This document shows, piece after piece, positions 48,677-58,311 of a stretch of DNA of 64,000 bases. The notes below the pieces were generated by a model. The model saw only the letters and a program-made list of their open reading frames with translations, did no database searches and was not told the DNA's origin. Location: NCBI GenBank assembly GCA_964291675.2, contig OZ219866.1:1952001-2016000 (forward strand), given 5' to 3'. Source of the DNA: Alphaproteobacteria bacterium. Its GTDB lineage: Bacteria; Pseudomonadota; Alphaproteobacteria; MPNO01. The position numbers and the translations under genes are program-made. Each line of letters begins with the position of its first letter. Within the stretch, counting starts at the first letter, position 1.

Positions 48677-50232
48677 CCGATCCCCGCTGCGGCAATCTCG
48701 GCTATTTCAACCGCGCGGCGGCGGCGGCGCTGGGCGAGCGGATTGCGATCGTCGATCTGTCGCGCATGCCGGCAAGGGAAATCGCGCATGGCGAGCTTGA
48801 TTCGCGAATGGACCGCGTCGCCGCCGCGCTTCGCGCGCGCGGTCTCGCGCCGGGCGACCGCGTGCTGCTCGCCATGGCCAACCGGTTCGAGTTCGTCGAG
48901 GCGTTCTTCGGCGCGATGCGGGCGGGGCTGGTGCCGGTGCCGCTCAATATCAGGCTGGGCGCGGACACTATCCGCTTCGTGGTGGAAGACGCCGGCTGCA
49001 AGGCGGCCATCGCCTCCCCCGGCGCGCATGCCGAAATCGAGGCGGTCTGCGAGACCGCCGGGCTCGCGCCGCGCATCGCGACCGCGCCTTCCCCGGCCGG
49101 ATGGGAGGACTACGAGACCGCGCTCGCCGAGGCGGACGGGCGCGGCTTCGCCCCGCCGCCGGTCGCGCCCCGGCAGGTCGCCTTCCTGCCCTACACCTCG
49201 GGCTCCACCGGGCGTCCGAAGGGCGTGCTGCTCGCCCATGACGGCATGCTCTGGGCGATCCGCTCGTCGCAGCGCCACTGGCCCGCCGCGCCGGACGACC
49301 GGGCGCTGATCGCCGGTCCGCTCTACCACAAGAACGCGATGCGGGTGTCGGTGAAGCCCAAGCTGCATGTCGGGGCTTCGGTGGTCATCCTGCCGCGCTT
49401 CGAGCCGCGGGATTTTCTCCGGGCGCTCAGCGAGTACCGCTGCACCGAGGCCGGCGGCGTGCCCGCCATGTACCGCATGACGCTGGCCGAACGGGAGCTG
49501 ATCGAGAGCCTCGATTTCTCCGCGCTCCGGGTGCTGGAGATGGGCTCCGCGGTGGTCGGCGCCGAGCTGATCGCCGCCGTGGAGCGGGCCTTCGGGGCGA
49601 CGGTGATCGAGGCCTATGGATTGACCGAGGGCGGCGGGCCGCTGCGCGAGGCGGCCGACGGAAGACCCGCGCCGCGCGGCAGCTGCGGGCTTGCCGCCCC
49701 GGAGGTCGGCATCCGGCTGGTGGACGACACCGGTGCCGAGGGGGAGGAGGGCGAGCTCTGGGTCCGCTCGCCCGCCGTGCTCGCCGGCTACAACAACCGG
49801 CCCGATCTCGACGCCGAACGCATCCGCGACGGCTGGCTCCGCACCGGCGATTTGTTCCGCCGCGACGCCGAGGGTTTCTTCTACTTCCAGGGCCGGACCG
49901 ACGACCAGTTCTCCTGCGGCGGCGAGAACATCAACCCCAAGGAGGTCGAGCTCCTGCTGGTGCAGCATCCGGCGGTAATCGATGCCGCGGTCGCGCCGGT
50001 GCCGCACGCGCTCAAGGACCTGGCGCCCGCGGCGCTGGTCACGCTGCGCCCCGACCGGGACGCGGACGAGGCGGCGCTCAGGGCGTTCGCGCTGGAACGC
50101 GGCCCGGCCTACGCCCATCCGCGGCGCATCTTCGCGGTCGATGCGCTGCCGGTCGGCGGCACCGGCAAGATCGACCGCCGGGCGGTGCGCGAGCGCCTGC
50201 TCGCCCTGATCGCCGGAAACCCGGCGCCATGA
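48673..50232 (+). CDS. AMP-binding acyl-CoA synthetase
   Basis: YTSGSTGRPKG, YGLTE, WLRTGD, GTGKIDR; GTGA overlap. Confidence 0.92.
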   Translation: MTDPRCGNLGYFNRAAAAALGERIAIVDLSRMPAREIAHGELDSRMDRVAAALRARGLAPGDRVLLAMANRFEFVEAFFGAMRAGLVPVPLNIRLGADTIRFVVEDAGCKAAIASPGAHAEIEAVCETAGLAPRIATAPSPAGWEDYETALAEADGRGFAPPPVAPRQVAFLPYTSGSTGRPKGVLLAHDGMLWAIRSSQRHWPAAPDDRALIAGPLYHKNAMRVSVKPKLHVGASVVILPRFEPRDFLRALSEYRCTEAGGVPAMYRMTLAERELIESLDFSALRVLEMGSAVVGAELIAAVERAFGATVIEAYGLTEGGGPLREAADGRPAPRGSCGLAAPEVGIRLVDDTGAEGEEGELWVRSPAVLAGYNNRPDLDAERIRDGWLRTGDLFRRDAEGFFYFQGRTDDQFSCGGENINPKEVELLLVQHPAVIDAAVAPVPHALKDLAPAALVTLRPDRDADEAALRAFALERGPAYAHPRRIFAVDALPVGGTGKIDRRAVRERLLALIAGNPAP

Positions 50233-51206
50233 CGGTCCTGGTCACCGGCGCGGCGGGGTTCATCGGCTACCACGTGAGCGCCTTCCTGCTCGAGCGCGGG
50301 GAGACCGTGGTCGGGCTGGACGCGGTCACCGATTACTACGATGTCGGGCTGAAGGAAGCCCGCATCGCCCGGCTCGATCGCCATGACCGGTTCAGCCTGC
50401 TCAGATGCGATCTCGCGGACCGGGACGCGGCGTTCGCCGCGCTCGGCGCGGTGGCGGGCATCGACCGGGCGGTACATCTCGCCGCGCAGGCCGGCGTGCG
50501 CCATTCGCGCGAGCGCCCGTTCGCCTATGTCGAGGCGAACCTCGTCGGCCACGCGACGGTGCTCGAATTCTGCCGCCATCTGCCCGGGCTCAGGCATCTC
50601 GTCTATGCCAGCTCGAGCTCGGTCTATGGCGGCAATGCCAAGCTGCCCTTCGCCGTCGGGGACCGGACCGATTCGCCGATCTCGCTCTACGCCGCCACCA
50701 AGCGGGCGAACGAGCATATGAGCCACTGCTACAGCCATCTCTACGGCATCCCGCAGACCGGACTCCGCTTCTTCACCGTCTACGGGCCGTGGGGCCGCCC
50801 CGACATGGCGCTCTACCAATTCACCCGGGCGATCCTCGAAGGCCGCCCCATCGAGGCGTTCAACGACGGCAACATGAAGCGCGACTTCACCTATATCGAC
50901 GACATCGTCCCGGGCGTCGCCGCCGCGCTCGACACCCCGCCGGACGCGGCGGCGGGCGTGCCGCACCGGCTCTACAATCTCGGCAACGACCGCCCCGAGC
51001 CCCTGATGCGCCTGATCGCGGTGCTGGAGGAGAGTCTCGGCCGCAAGGCGGAGATCGAGTTCCGCCCCCTGCAGCCGGGCGACGTCGCGGCGACCTGGGC
51101 CGACATCTCGGCGACCCGCCGCGACCTCGGCTTCGCGCCGGTCACGCCGATCGACGCCGGCGTCCCGCGCTTCGTCGAGTGGTACAGGCGCTACCACGGC
51201 GTCTGA
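50229..51206 (+). CDS. UDP-glucuronate 4-epimerase-like extended SDR
   Basis: TGAAGFIG, HLAAQAGVR, YAATK, RFFTVYGPWGRPDMA. Confidence 0.92.
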   Translation: MTVLVTGAAGFIGYHVSAFLLERGETVVGLDAVTDYYDVGLKEARIARLDRHDRFSLLRCDLADRDAAFAALGAVAGIDRAVHLAAQAGVRHSRERPFAYVEANLVGHATVLEFCRHLPGLRHLVYASSSSVYGGNAKLPFAVGDRTDSPISLYAATKRANEHMSHCYSHLYGIPQTGLRFFTVYGPWGRPDMALYQFTRAILEGRPIEAFNDGNMKRDFTYIDDIVPGVAAALDTPPDAAAGVPHRLYNLGNDRPEPLMRLIAVLEESLGRKAEIEFRPLQPGDVAATWADISATRRDLGFAPVTPIDAGVPRFVEWYRRYHGV

Positions 51207-51224
51207 GCGCGCCGCCGCGGAACC

Positions 51225-51301
51225 TGGCGCGCCCGGCAGGATTCGAACCTGCGACCCCGGGATTAGGAATCCCGTGCTCTATCCTGCTGAGCTACGGGCG
51301 C
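51225..51301 (-). tRNA. tRNA-Arg (CCT)
   Basis: GCGCCCGTAGCTCAGCAGGATAGAGCA-CGGGA-TTCCTAA-TCCCG-GGGTCGCAGGTTCGAATCCTGCCGGGCGCGCCA. Confidence 0.96.
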
Positions 51302-51337
51302 GTCGGGCGAGCTATAGCAGAACCCCGGCCCCGCCAT

Positions 51338-53434
51338 CTACTGGTGGTGGTGCAGCACCTCCGAGTAGGTCGGGAACGGCCACGCGCGGCCGTCCACCAG
51401 GAGCTCCAGCCGGTCCGCCACGTCGCGCGCGGATTGCATGCACGGTTTCAGGGCCTCGTGCGCGTATGACGCGGCCCCTCCCGGATCGTCGTGCGGGAAG
51501 GCGTCGTACGCATCGGCGAGTCTTTCGGTTTCCGAAAGCAGCTCTTCGACGAGCGCGCGCTTCTTGTCGAACATCGGCGACTGGAACCCGGAGTCGCGGT
51601 CGGCGCGGGTGTCCTCGATGGCGACAGGGAGGATCTGGGTCCTGAGGATGCGCAGCAGCGCGCGCGCCTCGATGTGGAGCTCGGTGGCGTAGGCCTCCTG
51701 CAGGACGTTCTGACGCGCCACGAGCTCGTGCTCGTTGAGGATGCCGAGCTCGCCCATCAGCTTGACGTTCTTCTCCGCCGTCAGGGCCTCGTAGGCCTCC
51801 GGGCTGCTCCTGAGGTGGATCAGGCCGTGCTTCTCGGCGTGCTCGTAAAGAGCGTCGGAGTAGCCGTCGCCGCTGAACAGGGCGCCCTGGTTTTCCTGAA
51901 TGGTCTCGCGGATCACCTGATCGACGGGCTTGCCGGCGTCGACCTCGTCGCACATGTGCTTCAGGCTGTCCGCGATCGCCGCGTTCACCATGGTCAGCGG
52001 GAACGCGATATGCTGGTTGCCGCCCACGGCGCGGAACTCGAACCGGTTGCCGCACCACGGGAACGGCGCGGTGCGGTTGCGGTCCTCCAGATTGGCCCGC
52101 ACGTCGGCGACCGGGGCCACGATCTCGATCTCCTTGCGCTCGTTTCCGTAGCCCGCGAAGTCGCCGCCCTCGGCGACCGCCTTCACATGGGCTTCCAGGC
52201 GCTCGCCCAGATGCAGGGTGATGATCGCCGGCGGCGCCTCCTGGGCGCCGAGCCGGTGGTCGTTGCCGGCCGTCGACACGCCGCAGCGCAGCAGGTCGCC
52301 GTGCCGGTTGACCCCGCGCAGCAGGGCCGCGACGAAGGCGATGAAGCGCCGGTTCTCTTCCGCGGTCTCCCCCGGCACGAACAGGTTGGCGCCGGTGTCG
52401 GTGTTGAGCCCCCAGTTGTTGTGCTTGCCGGTGCCGTTGATGCCGGCGAAGGGCTTCTCGTGAAACAGGATGGTGAAGCCGTGGTCGAAGGCGAGGTCGC
52501 GAAGCACGTCCATGGCGAGCACGTTGGTATCCGCCGCGAGGTTGGCGAGGCCGAAGACCGGCGATATCTCGTGCTGCGCGGGGGCGACCTCGTTGTGGGT
52601 GCAATGGATCGAGATTCCGAGCTCCCACATCTTGTCGCGCGCCTCCGCCACGTAGCGGTTCACCCTGGGCGACAGCTTGGAGAAATAGTTGCCGTCCATC
52701 TCCTGGCCGCGCAGCGGCGCCGCGCCCAGCAGCGTGCGCCCCGCGGCCACCAGGTCGGGCCGCGCCAGGTACTTCTCCCGGTCGATCAGGAAGAACTCCT
52801 GCTCCCAGCCCACATTGCACACGACCTCCCTGGTCGAGCTGTCCCCGAGCAGCGAGAGCAGCCGCACGCTTTGCTCGTTGACCGCCATGTCGGCCCGCAA
52901 GAGCGGGGTCTTCTGGTCGAGGGCCTCGCCGTTCCAGGTCACGAAGGCGGACGGGATGTAAAGCGTCTGCCGGTAGACGAAGGGCGGCGATCCGGTGTCC
53001 CAGCCGATATAGGCCGCCGCCCGATGGGTCTCGCGCAGCCCGCCATTGGGGAAGGAGGAGCCGTCGGTCTCGGTCTGGAACAGCTCCGAGCCCGTCAGGT
53101 TGATGATCAGGCGATCGGTGGCGAAATCCACCCCGACGAAGGTTTCCAGCTTCTCGCCGTGGATCGCGCCCCGCATCGGCGAGAACCAGTGCGAATAGCC
53201 GATGCAGCCCTTCGACTGCGCCCATTCGCGAATCGACTTGGCCAGCGCGTTCGCGAAATCCCGATCCATCGGCACGCCCGTCGCGCGGCACTGGGCGAGC
53301 GCGTAGTAGACGTCCGGATCGACCAGCTTCTTCAGTATCGAGTCGTCCAGCACATTGCTGTTGATCATCGCCAGGGCCGGCGGGAGGGCTACCTCCTGGG
53401 TCGGTGCCTCGTGCGTGGAGTGCGTGATTGCCAT
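51338..53434 (-). CDS. glnN: Glutamine synthetase type III
   Basis: 698 aa, ETDGSSFPNGGLRETH, GWEQEFFL, HNEVAPAQHE, HEKPFAGINGTGKHNNW, HRLGAQEAPP, DRNRTAPF, NRFEFRAVG. Confidence 0.93.
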   Translation of the reverse strand: MAITHSTHEAPTQEVALPPALAMINSNVLDDSILKKLVDPDVYYALAQCRATGVPMDRDFANALAKSIREWAQSKGCIGYSHWFSPMRGAIHGEKLETFVGVDFATDRLIINLTGSELFQTETDGSSFPNGGLRETHRAAAYIGWDTGSPPFVYRQTLYIPSAFVTWNGEALDQKTPLLRADMAVNEQSVRLLSLLGDSSTREVVCNVGWEQEFFLIDREKYLARPDLVAAGRTLLGAAPLRGQEMDGNYFSKLSPRVNRYVAEARDKMWELGISIHCTHNEVAPAQHEISPVFGLANLAADTNVLAMDVLRDLAFDHGFTILFHEKPFAGINGTGKHNNWGLNTDTGANLFVPGETAEENRRFIAFVAALLRGVNRHGDLLRCGVSTAGNDHRLGAQEAPPAIITLHLGERLEAHVKAVAEGGDFAGYGNERKEIEIVAPVADVRANLEDRNRTAPFPWCGNRFEFRAVGGNQHIAFPLTMVNAAIADSLKHMCDEVDAGKPVDQVIRETIQENQGALFSGDGYSDALYEHAEKHGLIHLRSSPEAYEALTAEKNVKLMGELGILNEHELVARQNVLQEAYATELHIEARALLRILRTQILPVAIEDTRADRDSGFQSPMFDKKRALVEELLSETERLADAYDAFPHDDPGGAASYAHEALKPCMQSARDVADRLELLVDGRAWPFPTYSEVLHHHQ

Positions 53435-53681
53435 GACGGTCCTTCCGCGAGAGCCATTACCGGGAAGGGAAAGCTAATGCATGCGTGCGAGGTTCACCAA
53501 GAAAATCCGCGACCCGGAGCGGCGAAAACAAGATTGCAATTTATTTGACCTGTTCGGCGAAAATGGAAAACTATTGAGTACATGTGCGGCTCAGAATTCC
53601 GGCGCAAACGCCGCTGCGCGGGCTTGAAACAGGCGATCGCAACCCTGGGCTGTCTTTTTGGGAAGGTCTATAGAACACGCC

Positions 53682-54107
53682 GTGCTCCATTTTTCACTGA
53701 TCAATGACTTGCGAGAACTTGGCGTTGCCGCGGCGAAAGTCGACGCGTTCTGCGCCGAGCACGGCGTGTCGCGGGATATCGCATTCGCCGTCAACGTGTC
53801 GGTCGACGAGCTGCTGACCAACACCATCAGCTACGGTTTCGACGACGGCGAATCGCACCGAATCGAAATGACCGTCCGCATCGAGGACGACGTGCTGGTG
53901 ATCGAGCTGGTGGATGACGCCACGCCCTACGATCCGACCCGTGCGCCGCATCCCGACATCGACGCGCCGATCGAGCGGCGCCCCATAGGTGGGCTCGGCG
54001 TCCACTTCGTCCGCGAATTGATGGACGGCTTCAGCTATCGCCGCAGCGAGGGGCGCAATATCGTGACCCTGACCAAGCGGACGGGAGACCGTCCGGCGGA
54101 GGGGTAG
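53682..54107 (+). CDS. RsbW/SpoIIAB-like anti-sigma factor Ser kinase (HATPase_c_2)
   Basis: DELLTNTISYG, YDP, ERRPIGGLGVHFV, RNIVTLTK; start uncertain (TTG 53658 is an alternative). Confidence 0.9.
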   Translation: MLHFSLINDLRELGVAAAKVDAFCAEHGVSRDIAFAVNVSVDELLTNTISYGFDDGESHRIEMTVRIEDDVLVIELVDDATPYDPTRAPHPDIDAPIERRPIGGLGVHFVRELMDGFSYRRSEGRNIVTLTKRTGDRPAEG

Positions 54108-54115
54108 CCCGGCGC

Positions 54116-56680
54116 TCACACCTTGCCGTTGTAGCGCAACACGAGACAGGTGATGTCGTCCGACTGCTCGGCGTCGCCCACGAACTCGCCGACGGCCAGG
54201 GTGACGTTGCCGATCACCGTATCCACCGGCGCTCCCGGACCGATCGAAAGCGCGTTCTCGAGACGACTCTCGTCGAAGGTTTCGCCCTGAATGTTCATCG
54301 CCTCGGAAATGCCGTCGGTATAGAGAAACAGCGTATCGCCGACGCCGAGCGTCACCCGGTTCTCGTCGTATTCCAGCTCCGGCAAGACGCCGACGGCCAC
54401 GCCGCCGGTCAAGGGCAGTGTCTCGATGGCGCCGGTGTTTCGGATCAGGAAGGGCGCGTTGTGACCGGCATTCGCGTAGCTGAGGGTCCCCGTCTGCGGG
54501 TCCAGGATGCCGTAGAACAAGGTCACGAACAGGTCGTGCGGGTTCTCGGAGGAGATCCGGTCGTTGACCACGCGCATGCAGGCGCCGGCCTGGCCGATCT
54601 CCTGGGCGCTGGCGCGCATGACCGTCCGCGTGATCGCCATGAAGAACGCCGCAGCCACGCCCTTGCCGGAGACATCGGCGATCACCAGGCCGAGCCGGCC
54701 GTCCGGCAGGCTGAAATAGTCGTAGAAATCGCCAGCCATCTCGCGCGCCGGCGTCATCACCGCATCGCCCGAATAGGCGGTATCGGGCGGCAGGGTCTTG
54801 GGCAGGATCGCGTGTTGCAGGGAATGCGCGACCGCGAGCTCGTCTTCCATGCGCCGGTTGGCCTCGTCGAGGAGGGCATTCTTGTTCGCGAGGTCGAGCG
54901 TGCGCTCGGCGACCAGGGCCTCCAAATGCTCCCGCCGGGCCTGAACCTCGCGCGCCATCGTCTGGAAGGTGTGGATCAGCCGCCCCAGCTCGTCGCGCCG
55001 CTCGCGGTAGGGGTCGAGCGAATCGGGCTTGAAACTGCCCTGGTCCATTTCTCCCGCCGCCTGGGTCAGCGCGGTGACCGGCCGCGTGATGCGCCGAGCC
55101 GACATGACCGCGGTAACCGCGCCGATCAGAAACGCCGCCAGCGTGATCGCGAGTCCGAAATCGATATAGTCGCCCAGCAATTCGTCGAGATGGTCGCGCG
55201 GCATGTGGATCACCGCGACACCCGTGGCGACGCCGCCGCGATCCAGGATCGGCGCGGCGACGTGGAGCGCCCTGTCGCTGAGGAAGGATTCCGCGGTCCC
55301 CTGGACGGCCCGGCCCGCAAGCGACTTGTCGGCGGAACCGAAAACCGGTTGCTCCGCGCTGCGCAAGGCGCCGGCGGCGACGGCGGCGGTGACCTTGAGG
55401 GCTTCGTCGACGACCCAGATCGCTCTTATGCCCGGCTGGGCGGCCAGCGAGTCGAGCGCCGCGGCGAGGCCGATCGTATCGCGCAGGCCCGTCGTCTTGT
55501 CGGCAAGGCTGCCGACCAGGACCGACCTGCCGTGGCGCGAGCGAACCCCGATATAGCGCAGCGGCACCTCCAGACCGTCCCTGGGTACGGATCGGAACGA
55601 CACCGAGAAGCGCTTCCCCGAGATCAGGGTCTGGAGGACCGGGCTGTCCACATCCCGAAGCGACATGTCGACGCCGGAACGGCCGAGTCCCTCGATCGCG
55701 CGCACCGCCGGCGTTCCCGTGTCGTCGAGCACCCAGATATCGTCGACCGCGCTGTTCGCCGCGATTTCCGCCAGTTCGATCGCGAGCGCCCGATCGTCGT
55801 CCCTCAGAACATCCGCAAGATGGGCCACCGCTATGGCCTGCGCCTCGTTCTCGGCGACGATGACGCGGTCGATCTGGTCCGCGATCACGCCGACCCGGTT
55901 GGCCTCGCTGGCGATCAGCCCGGCCACCATCCTGGCCTGGTTCTCGGCCTGCTCGATCAGCGTGTTGCGCGCCAGCAATCCCAGCGCCACCGCCACGCTG
56001 AGAATGGCGATGCCCACCGATGCGGAGACGATCAGGATCAGATGCCGGGACAGGCTGATGCTGGCATCGCGGCGACGCACGTGGGCGAACCGCATGACCA
56101 GGGCGACGACGCCGGCAAAGGCGAGGAACCAGGCCATCGCATAGAGGTAGATCCAGAAAGAGAGCTGCGGCTGGCCGAGCGCGGCGATCACCGTGTCGAC
56201 CCGGAAGACCATTTCCGGGACACCGATAACCGAGGCGGTGGCCGAAGCCATCACGATGATCAGGAAGTAGTTGGTCCACGACGGCAGGAACAGGAGCGCC
56301 TCGGTGGTCTGGCCGCGCCTGAGATGCCGCAACGCGGCGAGCGCGTTGTCCGAGACGAACCCCGCGACCGCGATCGAAAGCGCGAGCGAGGCCTTGATCC
56401 ACACCGGCACGATGACCGTCGTGCCGAACAACACGAAACTCCCCGGGACCATATAGGCGAGGTAGAACAGCATGACGAAGGTCGGCGCGCTGGCGGCGAG
56501 CATCGTCAGCGCGCCGGCGCCCTGGCTCACGCGGCGCAGGCGGCCGCCGCGCAGTGCCGCCAGAGCCCCCCCGAGCACCGTGCCGATCGCCATCGCGACC
56601 AGCGAGACCAGCATGTTCCAGCCGAAACCGACCGCCAGATAGGGCGTCCAGGTAATCAGGACGTCGATGACATTGGGCAT
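54116..56680 (-). CDS. Fusion: amino-acid ABC permease + periplasmic sensor + HAMP + SpoIIE/PP2C phosphatase
   Basis: N-terminal HisM/GlnP-like permease (PYLAVGFGWNMLVS, ASVIGVPE); HAMP (RRITRPV...DELGRL); PP2C (AGDFYD, IADVSGKG, NAGHN, YTDG, QSDDIT) in one open frame of 854 aa. Confidence 0.88.
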   Translation of the reverse strand: MPNVIDVLITWTPYLAVGFGWNMLVSLVAMAIGTVLGGALAALRGGRLRRVSQGAGALTMLAASAPTFVMLFYLAYMVPGSFVLFGTTVIVPVWIKASLALSIAVAGFVSDNALAALRHLRRGQTTEALLFLPSWTNYFLIIVMASATASVIGVPEMVFRVDTVIAALGQPQLSFWIYLYAMAWFLAFAGVVALVMRFAHVRRRDASISLSRHLILIVSASVGIAILSVAVALGLLARNTLIEQAENQARMVAGLIASEANRVGVIADQIDRVIVAENEAQAIAVAHLADVLRDDDRALAIELAEIAANSAVDDIWVLDDTGTPAVRAIEGLGRSGVDMSLRDVDSPVLQTLISGKRFSVSFRSVPRDGLEVPLRYIGVRSRHGRSVLVGSLADKTTGLRDTIGLAAALDSLAAQPGIRAIWVVDEALKVTAAVAAGALRSAEQPVFGSADKSLAGRAVQGTAESFLSDRALHVAAPILDRGGVATGVAVIHMPRDHLDELLGDYIDFGLAITLAAFLIGAVTAVMSARRITRPVTALTQAAGEMDQGSFKPDSLDPYRERRDELGRLIHTFQTMAREVQARREHLEALVAERTLDLANKNALLDEANRRMEDELAVAHSLQHAILPKTLPPDTAYSGDAVMTPAREMAGDFYDYFSLPDGRLGLVIADVSGKGVAAAFFMAITRTVMRASAQEIGQAGACMRVVNDRISSENPHDLFVTLFYGILDPQTGTLSYANAGHNAPFLIRNTGAIETLPLTGGVAVGVLPELEYDENRVTLGVGDTLFLYTDGISEAMNIQGETFDESRLENALSIGPGAPVDTVIGNVTLAVGEFVGDAEQSDDITCLVLRYNGKV

Positions 56681-56682
56681 CG

Positions 56683-58311
56683 CTAGGCCCCGTGCGCCCT
56701 GCGTTCCCAGCTGCGGAGCGCCCACACCGTGGCGAAGACCAGCAGGAAGTAGCACAGCAGCAGCAGGTTCATCATCACGGCGTCATTGCCCTTTTCGGCG
56801 ATGATCGCCGTGCTCGCGTGTACCAGCTCCGGCAAGGCGAGCGTGCTCGCCATCCCGGTGGCCTTGACGATATTGACGGAATTGCCGGCCACGGCGGCCT
56901 GGCACAGCTCCAGCGCGCGGCGGAATTCGCGCCAGGTGAACCCCAGCTTGCCGCCGGGCTCGGCCGCCACGTCCGCGGCCAGGGAGAACGACACCGCGTT
57001 GCTGGCCGCGGCATAGAGCGACAGCACCGCGGCGGCGAGCGAGAACGCATCCAGCGTGAAGCCGTAGGCGAACAGGATGCCGCCGATCCCGAAGAAGAAG
57101 ACGTAGAGCTGAAGCAGCGGGGGCGTCATCCGCAGCACCGCGCAGAACGCTTGCAGCAGCGGCGCCACGACAACCGTCCGGCGATGCAGGACCCAGCCGA
57201 ACAGGGCGCCGAGGACGACGCTGCCCAGCACGGTCGCGACCGAGAGCGCGACGGTCAGGAACAGGCCATGCAGGAACACGCTCCGGTCGAGCGGGTCGTA
57301 GACCGGGCTGACATCGAGCCCCGTCGCCTCCTTGAACGCCATGGATATCCCCGAAATTCCGCCCAACTCCTCGCTGGTGATCAGCGCGCGCTCCCGGCAC
57401 TCCAAAGGCCAGTTGCCGGTCTCGTCGCGGCGGCATCGGAGTTCGCCCGATTCGTCGGTTTCCTTCCAGGTCTCGTGCGCCCGCCGCAGATAGGGCGAGG
57501 GGGGCAGGCTCCACGTCTTCTCCAGCGCCTGGAAAAACCCCTCGCGATGCCACGCGGCCACGGTGTCGCCGAACAGGCGGTCGAGTCGTCCTCCGGCCTC
57601 CTCCTTTGCGATGGCGATCGCCCAGGGCGCGACGAATCGCGTCGGCAGGGCCACGGTGTAACCGTCCCACTCCCCGCTCGCCAGGGCGCTGAGCAAGTTG
57701 ACCTCGTCGTACAGCCAGCCCACGCAGTGTCCGTTGCGCAAGGCGAGCGCGGCTTCCCGGGTGGAGTTGAGGGAAATCGTCTCGACCAGGAGGCGTTGCG
57801 CGGCCAGGCGGTTCCAGATCGAGCCCTGCACGCTGCACAGCGTCCGGCCGCGGAGGCCTTCCCAGGTCGAGATCCCCGAGTCTTCGCGCATCAGCACGTT
57901 GGCGCCGTCGCCGTAATACTGGGGCTCGATCATGTGCACCAGCCGGCGGCGGCTGCGGTTGTCGCCCAGCGTGGCGATAACGACGTCGATCTCGCCGCGC
58001 GCGAGCTTCTGCAGACGGTTGGCGCTGGTCACCGGTGTCAGCCGCAGCGCAACACCGATCGCGTCCGCCAGGCCGCGCGCGACATCGACGTCGTAGCCCA
58101 CCAGCCTGCCGGAATCGTTGCGCACGCCGAAGGGATGGTAGTCCGCCTTGACGCCGGCGATCAGGTGGCCCCGAGCCCGGATCTCGTCCAGCCGATCCGC
58201 CGTTGCCGGCGCCGCGACCGACAGCCAGGCGGCGCTCAGGACGACCAGTCGGGCGAGACGGAAGAACCGCCGGGGCGCGACATTCACAAACGAAAGACCG
58301 GCAGGTCTCAC
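56683..58311 (-). CDS. Fusion: family-3 amino-acid SBP + ABC permease
   Basis: DRLDEIRARG, GYDVD, VTSANRL; C-terminal permease with RMTPPLLQL, NIVKATGMAS, PEL. Confidence 0.88.
   Translation of the reverse strand: MRPAGLSFVNVAPRRFFRLARLVVLSAAWLSVAAPATADRLDEIRARGHLIAGVKADYHPFGVRNDSGRLVGYDVDVARGLADAIGVALRLTPVTSANRLQKLARGEIDVVIATLGDNRSRRRLVHMIEPQYYGDGANVLMREDSGISTWEGLRGRTLCSVQGSIWNRLAAQRLLVETISLNSTREAALALRNGHCVGWLYDEVNLLSALASGEWDGYTVALPTRFVAPWAIAIAKEEAGGRLDRLFGDTVAAWHREGFFQALEKTWSLPPSPYLRRAHETWKETDESGELRCRRDETGNWPLECRERALITSEELGGISGISMAFKEATGLDVSPVYDPLDRSVFLHGLFLTVALSVATVLGSVVLGALFGWVLHRRTVVVAPLLQAFCAVLRMTPPLLQLYVFFFGIGGILFAYGFTLDAFSLAAAVLSLYAAASNAVSFSLAADVAAEPGGKLGFTWREFRRALELCQAAVAGNSVNIVKATGMASTLALPELVHASTAIIAEKGNDAVMMNLLLLCYFLLVFATVWALRSWERRAHGA

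Noticed and set aside
53435-53681. sigma54 promoter, NtrC sites or glnA riboswitch upstream of GSIII
   Set aside because: No convincing TGGCAC-N5-TTGC, TGCAC-N7-GTGCA or glnA-motif sequence found by eye
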